From Pseudooceanicola nanhaiensis DSM 18065 (lineage in GTDB: Bacteria > Pseudomonadota > Alphaproteobacteria > Rhodobacterales > Rhodobacteraceae): a stretch of DNA of 32,000 nucleotides. The position numbers and the translations under genes were made by a program. The notes under the pieces were generated by a model, which was not told the origin of the DNA, made no database searches, and saw only the letters and a list, made by a program, of their open reading frames with translations. The stretch's first letter is position 1, and every line of letters starts with the position of its first letter. The stretch spans positions 558,288 through 590,287 of the forward strand of contig NZ_JHZF01000011.1 in NCBI RefSeq assembly GCF_000688295.1, given 5' to 3'. Shown here piece after piece: positions 7,806-15,107 of this stretch.

Positions 7806-8257
7806 GTCATGGCGGCAGCCATAGGCGGGGGCGCGGGGAATGTCCACGCGGGCCGGAGGGGCGGGCGGTCAGCCTGGGGCAGGCGGGGGTGTGCGGGCAC
7901 GGACCGGACCGCCGCGCGGTCCGAGGTCCGGCCGGTCCGGGCGCGGCAGCCGGGCCCGACCCTTTTCGATGGGCGTGGGGATATCGCGGGACCGCGCCTG
8001 CCTGCCGCCTGCGCGACATATGCGCTTCGTCCCGTCGCCGGTTTGCGGGGACGGGCCTTCCTGGCCGACAGCGGGCGCGTCGGGGCCTCGGCGCGCCGCG
8101 GAGAGCCGGACCTGCGAGGTCGCGCGCGGGCCGCGGCGGGCCAGGCTGAGCGCCTCGCCTCTTTGCCCTGCGGGCGAACCGGGGCGTCCCGGCTTCCGGC
8201 CGGGAGGCGTCCGCGGTGTCGGTCGGGCCCCGGGCGCCCCTCGGCGTCGATCGGCGT

Positions 8258-9325
8258 TCAGGCGTCCTCCTGATCCTCGTCCGTGAGCAGGAGCAGATCG
8301 CCCGCCGCCTCCATTTCGCGGATTGCGTTCACGATCTCGGTCATCGCCGCCTCCGCGTCCTTCGCCTTGATCTTGCCGAGGTCCCTGGCGTCCTCGCGCA
8401 GCTGTTCGGCCAGGCGGCCGGACATGTTGCCCAGAAGGTACTCCGCCGCCTTGGTTTCCGGCCCGGTGCCGCCGCTGCCCGCGGCGATGGCGGTGATCAG
8501 GGCGCTCTGGTCGAGGTTGCGGACCACCTTTGGCACGTCGCGGGGGGCAATCCGAGCGGGAATGTTGGCGAAGGTGAAGATCGCCCGGCGAACCTCCTCG
8601 GCGAAATCGGAATCGGTCTCGTCGAGCCCGGTCAGCATGTCGTCGCGCGTGTTCGCGGTGGAATAGTTGAGGATCGCGCCCACCATCTCGGCCGGGCCCT
8701 TGTCGAAGACCGAGCCGCGCCGCGCCTCGACCTGCGCGGCAAGCGAGAGGCCGATGCGTTCCAGCGCCTCGGGGGTGACGCCGGTGGTCTGGCTGATGGC
8801 ATAGGTGATCCGGCGGGCACGGGCGCCGGGCAGGGCGCCCAGCACCTCGGCCGCGCGGCCGACATCGAGCTTCGACAGCACGATGGCGCCGACCTCGGTG
8901 CTTTCCTGTTCGATGAGCGGCAGGAGGTCCTTGACATCGAGCTGCCGGATCCGGTCCCAGGGATCGCCGGCCTGCTTCACCCCCGCCTCCTTCCGCAGCC
9001 GCGCGGCGGTATGCGGCGAGATCTGGCCGTCGAGCGCCGTCAGCGCCCCGGCGATCCCCTTCGGAAAGGTGAGGCCCAGCCCTTCGAGCTCGTCGGCGAA
9101 TTCCTCCACGACCTCGTCGAGCGTCGCACGGTCGATCGGGCGCATGGAGCCCAGGATCTGTGTGAGATCGGCCTGCAATTCGTCCGGCAGGTCGCGGAGT
9201 GGCAGCGTCTCGCCCTCTGCCAGCAGCAGACGGACGACGATCGCCGCCTTCTGCCGCCGCGTCAGTGCGGCGCGTCCCCCGCCGCGGGGGGGTGTCATTT
9301 GTCCGAGCGGCGCAAGCGTGCCCAT
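8258..9325 (-). CDS. fliG: Flagellar motor switch protein FliG
   Basis: ORF 8258..9325 aligns along its whole length to FliG as I remember E. coli FliG. The C-terminal torque-helix region is MSGRLAEQLREDARDLGKIKAKDAEAAMTEIV (compare MSQRAADILRDDLANRGPVRLSQVENEQKAIL). IFTFAN compares with MFLFEN. Confidence 0.85.
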   Translation of the reverse strand: MGTLAPLGQMTPPRGGGRAALTRRQKAAIVVRLLLAEGETLPLRDLPDELQADLTQILGSMRPIDRATLDEVVEEFADELEGLGLTFPKGIAGALTALDGQISPHTAARLRKEAGVKQAGDPWDRIRQLDVKDLLPLIEQESTEVGAIVLSKLDVGRAAEVLGALPGARARRITYAISQTTGVTPEALERIGLSLAAQVEARRGSVFDKGPAEMVGAILNYSTANTRDDMLTGLDETDSDFAEEVRRAIFTFANIPARIAPRDVPKVVRNLDQSALITAIAAGSGGTGPETKAAEYLLGNMSGRLAEQLREDARDLGKIKAKDAEAAMTEIVNAIREMEAAGDLLLLTDEDQEDA

Positions 9326-9399
9326 CTCTGCCTCGTTCCTGCTGTCCCCGCAAGGCTAGCCGGAAAGTCGTGAACGAGTGGTTTAGACGGGCAGCCGGA

Positions 9400-9558
9400 T
9401 CAGCCGTTCACCTGCTGGACGCAGGTCCTTGCCTCGGCATCCCAGACATAGCCCTCGGCGCAGGAGCTGGCCTGCCGCTCGTGATAGGCGCAGCTGGCAG
9501 AGGCGAGCGCGGGAAGGAAGGCAAGAACCGAGGCCGTCAGGATCGTGCGGATCGTCAT
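9400..9558 (-). CDS. Small secreted Cys-containing protein (52 aa precursor)
   Basis: In-frame part of ORF 9400..9594 starting at MTIRTILTASVLAFLPALASA|SCAYHERQASSCAEGYVWDAEARTCVQQVNG. It has a signal peptide with an ASA cleavage motif and 3 Cys in the mature ~31 aa. GGGAGA lies 7 nt upstream of the ATG. Confidence 0.6.
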   Translation of the reverse strand: MTIRTILTASVLAFLPALASASCAYHERQASSCAEGYVWDAEARTCVQQVNG

Positions 9559-9585
9559 GTCGATGTCTCCCGTTGGATGCGTCGA

Positions 9586-9613
9586 GCATAGCATGACGCA
9601 GGGTCATCTCCAA
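9586..9613 (-). promoter_or_regulatory. Candidate promoter for the small secreted protein (and possibly fliG)
   Basis: Minus strand reads TTGGAG (9608-9613), 16 nt, then CTATGC (9586-9591). It overlaps the inverted repeat TGCGTC-N11-GACGCA (9578-9600). Pattern match only. Confidence 0.3.
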
Positions 9614-9661
9614 TGGTACAGAGGGAGACCGCCGGGAGAGGACGACAGGCAGCGGAAGAAT

Positions 9662-9700
9662 GGGGGCTCTGCCCCCGTCGCGGGTCTGTCGACCCGCGAC
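9662..9700 (-). terminator. Probable purB terminator (hairpins of repeat copy B)
   Basis: GGGGGC-tct-GCCCCC (9662-9676) and the perfect GTCGCGGGTC-tgtc-GACCCGCGAC (9677-9700) lie downstream of the purB stop (9754). On the minus strand the last hairpin is followed by ATTCTTCC. Confidence 0.45.
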
Positions 9701-9751
9701 TCCCCCGGGATACATGAACCAGAGGAAAGTGGGGACCAGAGGAAAGAGGGG
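9662..9751 (+). repeat. Interspersed intergenic repeat, copy B, with its tail 17-mer duplicated in tandem
   Basis: Same architecture as copy A. The tail ACCAGAGGAAAGTGGGG (9718-9734) is immediately repeated as ACCAGAGGAAAGAGGGG (9735-9751). Confidence 0.5.
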
Positions 9752-9753
9752 CG

Positions 9754-11061
9754 TCAGCTTTCGCCGAAGACGCGGGCGAAGATCGTGTCGACGTGCTTCG
9801 TGTGGTAATCCATGTCGAACTTCTCGTTGATCCGGTCGACGCCGAGCGCCTTCACCACGTCCTCGTCGGCGAGGAGCTGCTCGCGGAAATCGACGCGGTC
9901 TTCCCAGACCTTGAGCGCGTTGCGCTGGACCATGGCGTAGGCATCTTCCCGCGACACGCCGGCCTGGGTCAGGGCGAGGAGCACCCGCTGGGACATCACG
10001 AGGCCCGGGAAGCGGTTCATGTTCTCGAGCATGTTCTCGGGGAAGATCAGCATCTTGTCGATCACGCCGGCAAGCCGGTTCAGCGCGAAGTCGAGGGTGA
10101 TCGTAGCATCCGGGCCGATGCCGCGTTCGACGGAGCTGTGCGAGATGTCGCGCTCGTGCCAGAGGGCCACGTTCTCCATCGCCGGGACGACCGCCATGCG
10201 CACCAGGCGGGCGAGGCCGGTGAGGTTCTCGGTCAGCACCGGGTTCTTCTTGTGCGGCATCGCCGAGGAGCCCTTCTGGCCCATCGAGAAGAACTCCGCC
10301 CCTTCCAGGACCTCGGTGCGCTGCATGTGCCGGATCTCGATCGCGACGTTCTCGATCGAGGAGGCGATGACACCGAGCACCGCGAAGAACATCGCGTGGC
10401 GGTCGCGCGGGATCACCTGGGTGGAGATCGGCTCGGGCTTCAGGCCGAGTTGCGCGCAGACATGTTCCTCCACGCGGGGGTCGATGTTGGCGAAGGTGCC
10501 GACGGCGCCCGAGATCGCGCCGGTGGCGATCTCCTCGCGCGCGGCTTGCAGGCGCGCCTTGTTGCGGTCCATCTCGGCGTAGAAGCGGGCGAAGGTCAGG
10601 CCCATCGTCGTGGGCTCGGCATGGATCCCGTGGGAGCGGCCGACGCGCACGGTCATCTTGTGCTCCATCGCGCGCTTCTTCAGCGCGGCCAGCACGCGGT
10701 CGAGATCGGCCAGCAGGATGTCGGCGGCCCGGGTCAGCTGCACGTTGAGGCAGGTGTCGAGCACGTCCGACGAGGTCATCCCCTGGTGCACGAAGCGCGC
10801 CTCTTCCGAACCGACGTGTTCGGCCAGATGGGTCAGGAAGGCGATGACGTCATGCTTGGTGACGGCCTCGATCTCGTCGATGCGGGCGACGTCGAACTCC
10901 ACGTCCTTCGCCTTCCACACCGCCTCGGCGTTCTCGCGCGGGATGACGCCGAGATCCGCCATGGCGTCGCAGGCATGGGCCTCGATCTCGTACCAGATGC
11001 GGAACTTGGTGGCGGGCTCCCAGATCGCGGTCATCTCGGGGCGGGAATAGCGGGGGATCAT
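9754..11061 (-). CDS. purB: Adenylosuccinate lyase
   Basis: ORF 9754..11061, 435 aa. MIPRYSRPEMTAIWEPATKFRIWYEIEAHA..., the signature SSAMPHKKNP, and length typical of PurB. Confidence 0.97.
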   Translation of the reverse strand: MIPRYSRPEMTAIWEPATKFRIWYEIEAHACDAMADLGVIPRENAEAVWKAKDVEFDVARIDEIEAVTKHDVIAFLTHLAEHVGSEEARFVHQGMTSSDVLDTCLNVQLTRAADILLADLDRVLAALKKRAMEHKMTVRVGRSHGIHAEPTTMGLTFARFYAEMDRNKARLQAAREEIATGAISGAVGTFANIDPRVEEHVCAQLGLKPEPISTQVIPRDRHAMFFAVLGVIASSIENVAIEIRHMQRTEVLEGAEFFSMGQKGSSAMPHKKNPVLTENLTGLARLVRMAVVPAMENVALWHERDISHSSVERGIGPDATITLDFALNRLAGVIDKMLIFPENMLENMNRFPGLVMSQRVLLALTQAGVSREDAYAMVQRNALKVWEDRVDFREQLLADEDVVKALGVDRINEKFDMDYHTKHVDTIFARVFGES

Positions 11062-11157
11062 GGGCGCGGCGCTCCTTTACCTTGTTCGCCGCGGTCATTA
11101 CTCCCGGGGGGCGCGCGGGGCAAGGCGGCTGTCCGCCGCGCGAAGGGAGACGGGCCG

Positions 11158-11871
11158 ATGCGTCAGGCAGAGGAAACGGGGATGCGCGCGCGCCAGGCGC
11201 GGCGCCGGGTCGAGCGGCACCGGCTGCGGGTCGCCCTCGTCTTCGTGGCCGCCGTCTCGGCCCTGGCGGGGATGACCGACGCGATCGGGCTGATGATCGC
11301 GGGCAATTTCGTCTCCTTCATGTCCGGCAACACGACGCGCGCCGGGGTGGCGCTGGCCGAGGGGCGCTTCGGCGCCGCCCTGCCGATGCTGCTGGCCGTC
11401 GCGGTCTTCGTCGCGGGCAATGCGCTCGGCGTGCTGGTGGCGGGGCGCGGGCGGCGGGCCTTTACACGGGTGCTGGGGCTGGTGGCGCTGCTGGTCGCGG
11501 GCGCGGCGCTGGTCTTTGCCTGGCCGCTCGCGGGGTTCCTGCTGGCGGTGCTGGCGATGGCGGTGCTGAACGCGGCGGTCGAGCAGGTCGCGGGCCTGCC
11601 GATCGGGCTGACCTATGTCACGGGCGCGCTGTCGCGCTTCGGCAAGGGGCTGGGGCGGCGGCTGCGCGGAGAGGCGCGGCCGGGCTGGGAGATCCAGATC
11701 GTGCCGTGGTGCGGCATGGCGGCGGGGGCCGTGGCCGGGGCGGGGCTGGCCATGCACTGGGGCGCGGGCGCGCTCTGGGTGCCGGCGGGCTGCGCGGCCG
11801 CATTGGCGCTCGCGGGGCTGGTGCTGCCGCGCCGGACGGCGCGCGGGCTCAGCCGGGCGGTCGGAGGATGA
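11158..11871 (+). CDS. DUF1275 (YoaK-like) family membrane protein
   Basis: C-terminal in-frame part of ORF 9793..11871 (the upstream part is the antisense shadow of purB). AGMTDAIGLMIAGNFVSFMSGNTTRAGVALAEG is the DUF1275 hallmark. About 6 TM segments. GGGAGA lies upstream of ATG 11158; the alternative start is ATG 11182. Confidence 0.75.
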   Translation: MRQAEETGMRARQARRRVERHRLRVALVFVAAVSALAGMTDAIGLMIAGNFVSFMSGNTTRAGVALAEGRFGAALPMLLAVAVFVAGNALGVLVAGRGRRAFTRVLGLVALLVAGAALVFAWPLAGFLLAVLAMAVLNAAVEQVAGLPIGLTYVTGALSRFGKGLGRRLRGEARPGWEIQIVPWCGMAAGAVAGAGLAMHWGAGALWVPAGCAAALALAGLVLPRRTARGLSRAVGG

Positions 11872-12275
11872 GCGCGCTCGCGCCCTTCGAGGGGGTCTGG
11901 CGGCTGGACCGCCGGGTGGAGAACGCCCTCGGGCCGGACGCGCGCTTCACCGGCGAGGCGGTCTTCACGCCGGACGGCGCGGGGCTGGTCCTGCAGGAGA
12001 CGGGCGAGATGCGGATCGAGGGGCAGGGCGCCTTCCGCGCCGAACGCCGCTACCTCTGGCGCGGCGTGGGGGCGCGCATCGCGGTATTCTTCGACGACCT
12101 CCGCCCGTTTCACGATTTCGATCCGACGGAGCCGCGCCCCGAGGCCGAGCACCCCTGCGCCCCTGATCACTACCGGGTGGCCTATGACTTCACGGGCTGG
12201 CCGCGCTGGCACGCCGTCTGGCAGGTGGCGGGCCCGCGCAAATCCTACGTGATGCACAGCACCTACAGCCGGTGA
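11868..12275 (+). CDS. DUF6314-like small soluble protein (135 aa)
   Basis: In-frame part of ORF 11082..12275 starting at MSALAPFEGVWRLDRRVENALGPDARFTGEAVF... GGAGG is directly upstream. The start overlaps the preceding stop (ATGA, 11868-11871). High GC3. Family name is from memory, with moderate certainty. Confidence 0.7.
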   Translation: MSALAPFEGVWRLDRRVENALGPDARFTGEAVFTPDGAGLVLQETGEMRIEGQGAFRAERRYLWRGVGARIAVFFDDLRPFHDFDPTEPRPEAEHPCAPDHYRVAYDFTGWPRWHAVWQVAGPRKSYVMHSTYSR

Positions 12276-12282
12276 GCCCGAG

Positions 12283-12309
12283 GCTTGCACCGGAGGCGGC
12301 GACGCGGCA
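12283..12309 (+). promoter_or_regulatory. Shared upstream motif, copy 1 (GCTTGCACCGGAGGCGGCGACGCGGCA), 38 nt upstream of bioY
   Basis: Near-identical to 14321-14347 (GCTTGCACCGGGAGGCGGCGCGTCGCA). Both are preceded by TGAGCC. It contains a CTTGCA -35-like hexamer. Confidence 0.3.
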
Positions 12310-12346
12310 TTACCGGGGGCGAAACACTCAGAGGAGGCACTCGCGC

Positions 12347-12952
12347 ATGGCGCAGGCGATGACTGACAGGGTTCTGACCGAGACATTCGGTCCCAGCGAA
12401 GGCGCAGCACTTCGCATCAAGCAGGCGTTTCTGGTGGTGGCGGGGATCGCCCTGCTGGCCATCATGGCGAAGATCAAGCTGCCGGTCCCGCCGTCGCCCG
12501 TCGCGGTGAACATGGGCACCTTCGCCGTGCTGACCATCGGCGCGGCCTATGGCGCGCGGCTCGGGCTTGTCACGATCATCGGCTACATGCTGATCGGGGC
12601 GCTCGGCTTCGACGTCTTCCAGTCCTCGACGGCCGAATTGTCCGGCATCGACTACATGACGGGCTCCACCGGCGGCTACCTGCTGGGCTACGTGATGGCC
12701 ACCGTCCTGCTGGGCGCGCTGGCCCGCCGGGGCTGGGACCGTTCGGTGGTCTGGATGGCCGTGGCGATGCTGGCCGGCAACATCATCCTCTACGTGCCGG
12801 GCCTTCTGTGGCTGGGCCAGATCTACGGCTGGGACAAGCCGATCCTCGAATGGGGCCTGACGCCCTTCGTCATCGGCGACCTGATGAAGCTGGCGCTGGC
12901 GGCGATGATCCTGCCCGCGGCGTGGAAGCTGGTCGGCCGCGCCCGCGGCTGA
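12347..12952 (+). CDS. bioY: Biotin transporter BioY
   Basis: In-frame part of ORF 12272..12952. Membrane protein with the BioY-like pattern (PVPPSPVAVNMGTFAVLTIGAAYGARLG, TGGYLLGYVMA, PFVIGDLMKLALAA). GAGGAGG lies 9 nt upstream of ATG 12347. Confidence 0.85.
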   Translation: MAQAMTDRVLTETFGPSEGAALRIKQAFLVVAGIALLAIMAKIKLPVPPSPVAVNMGTFAVLTIGAAYGARLGLVTIIGYMLIGALGFDVFQSSTAELSGIDYMTGSTGGYLLGYVMATVLLGALARRGWDRSVVWMAVAMLAGNIILYVPGLLWLGQIYGWDKPILEWGLTPFVIGDLMKLALAAMILPAAWKLVGRARG

Positions 12953-12979
12953 TCCCGGTCCACCCGGTTCGGAACCAGG

Positions 12980-13008
12980 AACGCGGCCCCTCCCGGGGCC
13001 GCGTTTTT
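12980..13008. terminator. Strong intrinsic terminator between convergent bioY and the hydrolase/OsmC gene
   Basis: Perfect 11-bp stem AACGCGGCCCC (12980-12990) / GGGGCCGCGTT (12995-13005), with a T run to 13008 on the + strand. It lies downstream of both convergent genes. Confidence 0.75.
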
Positions 13009-13015
13009 CCATGGC

Positions 13016-14227
13016 TCAGTCGAGGTCGGTCAGCACGCGGGAGGACCGCTCGAGCGTCTTGTGGACCGGGCACTTGTCGGCGATCTCGCGCAGCTTGGCG
13101 CGCTGCGCGGCCGTCAGCCTGCCCTCGAGCCGGATGCGGCGCTGGAAGGTGTCGACCTTCTCGTCCGAGGCGCTGCCGGCGTCCTGTGCATGGACCTTGT
13201 CGTGGCTCACATCCACCTGCACATGGTCCAGATCCCAGCCCTTGCGGCGGGCGTACATGCGGATGGTCATCGAGGTACAGGCGCCAAGCGCCGCGGACAG
13301 GAACCCGTAGGGCGACATGCCGCGGTTGGTCCCGCCGTAGCCTTCGGGTTCGTCTGCGATCACATGGTGATAGGGACCGTCATTCACGTCCTGCATGAAT
13401 CCGTCGGGGTCCGCTTCGGAAACCCGCACGATGCCCTCGGGCGCGCCGGGCGGCGGTGCGGGCGGCGTCAGCGTCACGTAGCGCGTGAGCCAGGCGGCAA
13501 TGACCTCGGCCGCGTATTCGGCATCGTCGGCGCGCGAGACAAGGTGATCGGAATCGTCGAGCGTGACGAAGCTTTTCGGATGGCGGGCGGCGGTGAAGAT
13601 GCGCGCGGCGTTCTCGATCCCGACGCTCTCGTCGCGCGGGGCGTGCAGGATCAGGAGCGCGCGGCGGAGCTCGCGGATCGCGGGGCCGAGAGAGGTCGCC
13701 TCGATATCCTCCACGAACTGCCGCCGGATGGTGAAGGGCCGCTGGCCCAGCGTCACCACGGCCTCGCCGCGGCGCGCGATCTCGTCCAGCGCATCGGCGA
13801 AGTTGTGCTCCACATGGGCCGGGTCGAAGGGGGCCGCGATGGCGACGACGGCCTTGGCGGAGGCGATCTGCCCGGCGGCCTTCAGGATTGCCGCGCCGCC
13901 CAGCGAATGTCCGATCAGCAGCTCGGGCGCATGGCCCGTGTCCGCAAGGTGTCGGGCCGCACGGACGAGGTCCTCGACGTTCGACGTAAACGTCGTGTTG
14001 GCGAATTCCCCGTCCGAATGGCCAAGACCGGTGAAGTCGAATCGCAGCACCGCGATGCCCATCGAGGCCAGCCGTTGCGAGATCCGGCGCGCGGCGGCGA
14101 TGTCCTTGCCGCAGGTGAAGCAATGCGCGAAGAGCGCGGTCGCCAGCCGGGGCCCATCGGGCATGTCGAGCCGGGCAGCGAGGGTGCTTCCGTCATGTCC
14201 CTCGAAGCTGATGCGTTGCGTTGGCAT
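13016..14227 (-). CDS. Bifunctional alpha/beta hydrolase / OsmC-family protein
   Basis: ORF 13016..14227. The N-terminal half is an alpha/beta hydrolase (HCFTCGKD, nucleophile elbow GHSLGG). The C-terminal ~140 aa is OsmC-like (GMSPYGFLSAALGACTSMTIRMYARRKGW...CPVHKTL). Confidence 0.85.
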   Translation of the reverse strand: MPTQRISFEGHDGSTLAARLDMPDGPRLATALFAHCFTCGKDIAAARRISQRLASMGIAVLRFDFTGLGHSDGEFANTTFTSNVEDLVRAARHLADTGHAPELLIGHSLGGAAILKAAGQIASAKAVVAIAAPFDPAHVEHNFADALDEIARRGEAVVTLGQRPFTIRRQFVEDIEATSLGPAIRELRRALLILHAPRDESVGIENAARIFTAARHPKSFVTLDDSDHLVSRADDAEYAAEVIAAWLTRYVTLTPPAPPPGAPEGIVRVSEADPDGFMQDVNDGPYHHVIADEPEGYGGTNRGMSPYGFLSAALGACTSMTIRMYARRKGWDLDHVQVDVSHDKVHAQDAGSASDEKVDTFQRRIRLEGRLTAAQRAKLREIADKCPVHKTLERSSRVLTDLD

Positions 14228-14320
14228 GAGGCCCTCCGATCGTCGCGCTCAGAGGGGACCCTGCAAGCTGCGCATCCGGCGGGCAAGCGCGCAATCCCGG
14301 GCGTCACGCGGAGTTGAGCC

Positions 14321-14347
14321 GCTTGCACCGGGAGGCGGCGCGTCGCA
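14321..14347 (+). promoter_or_regulatory. Shared upstream motif, copy 2, 11 nt upstream of the DUF3445 gene
   Basis: See 12283-12309. Confidence 0.3.
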
Positions 14348-14357
14348 GAACAGTGCC

Positions 14358-15095
14358 ATGACGCCGATCCTCCAGACCCGCTTGCCCTATGCCGAGACCG
14401 ACCGCCGCCCGCTGCCGGGCATCCAGCCGCTCGACCCTGGCGAATGGCTGATCGCCGACGACGCCTTTGCCGGGCAGATGGCCGAACGCGCCCGCCTGCT
14501 CGGCGGGATGCGCGACAAGGTCGTCGCCCTCACCCCCGAAGGTGCCGAGGCCGCCTCCGAGCTCATGGAGAGCGTGCTGGCCTTCCTGCAGACCCGCGCG
14601 GGCTACAGCTGCGCCGAGGGCACGGTGACGCGCCCCGACGGGGTCACCGTCACGCTCGATCCGGCCGACCCGCTGGGCACGCTGGGCCTGCTGGTGCAGG
14701 AGGACCTCTGCATCCTGGAAAAGCCCGCGGGAGCCGCTGAACACGTGCTCACCGGCGCGGTGCTCTGTTTCCCCTCGGCCTGGACGCTTGCGCAGAAGAT
14801 CGGCCGTCCGCTGATGCGCATCCATGCCCCGGTCGAGGAGTATGACGAAGGGATCGGGCGCCGTGTGCAGCGGCTCTTCGACGGGGTGCAGGTCGGGCGA
14901 CCGCTCTGGCGGTTCAACTGGCTGCCGACGAACGACACGGCGCTCTTCCGGCCGAAACTGGAATATGCCGACAAGATCCGCGCGACGGGCATGCCCTACC
15001 TGCGCAGCGAACGGCAGACGATCCTGCGCCTGCCGCGCACGCGGGCGGTGATCTTCGGGATTCACACCTACATGGTGGAATGGCCCCCGGCCTGA
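14358..15095 (+). CDS. DUF3445 family protein (heme-dependent oxidative N-demethylase-like)
   Basis: C-terminal in-frame part of ORF 13563..15095 (the upstream part is an antisense shadow). LVQEDLCILEK...LTGAVLCFPSAWTLAQKIGRPLMRIHAPVEEY...RFNW matches DUF3445 as I remember it. Confidence 0.75.
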   Translation: MTPILQTRLPYAETDRRPLPGIQPLDPGEWLIADDAFAGQMAERARLLGGMRDKVVALTPEGAEAASELMESVLAFLQTRAGYSCAEGTVTRPDGVTVTLDPADPLGTLGLLVQEDLCILEKPAGAAEHVLTGAVLCFPSAWTLAQKIGRPLMRIHAPVEEYDEGIGRRVQRLFDGVQVGRPLWRFNWLPTNDTALFRPKLEYADKIRATGMPYLRSERQTILRLPRTRAVIFGIHTYMVEWPPA

Positions 15096-15107
15096 GCCGG
15101 GGCGCCC

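Noticed and set aside
7840-8286. 148-aa + strand ORF and the open minus frame across the fliG-EamA gap.
   Set aside because: All three codon phases are about 78-82% GC by hand count. Second-position GC is far too high for a protein. The translation is an R/G/P string.
9371-9385. CtrA-box-like sequence TGAA-N7-TTTA (minus strand TAAA-N7-TTCA), about 50 nt upstream of fliG.
   Set aside because: Two mismatches in the 8 specified positions of TTAA-N7-TTAA, which is expected by chance in any 100-bp spacer. Not reported as a site.
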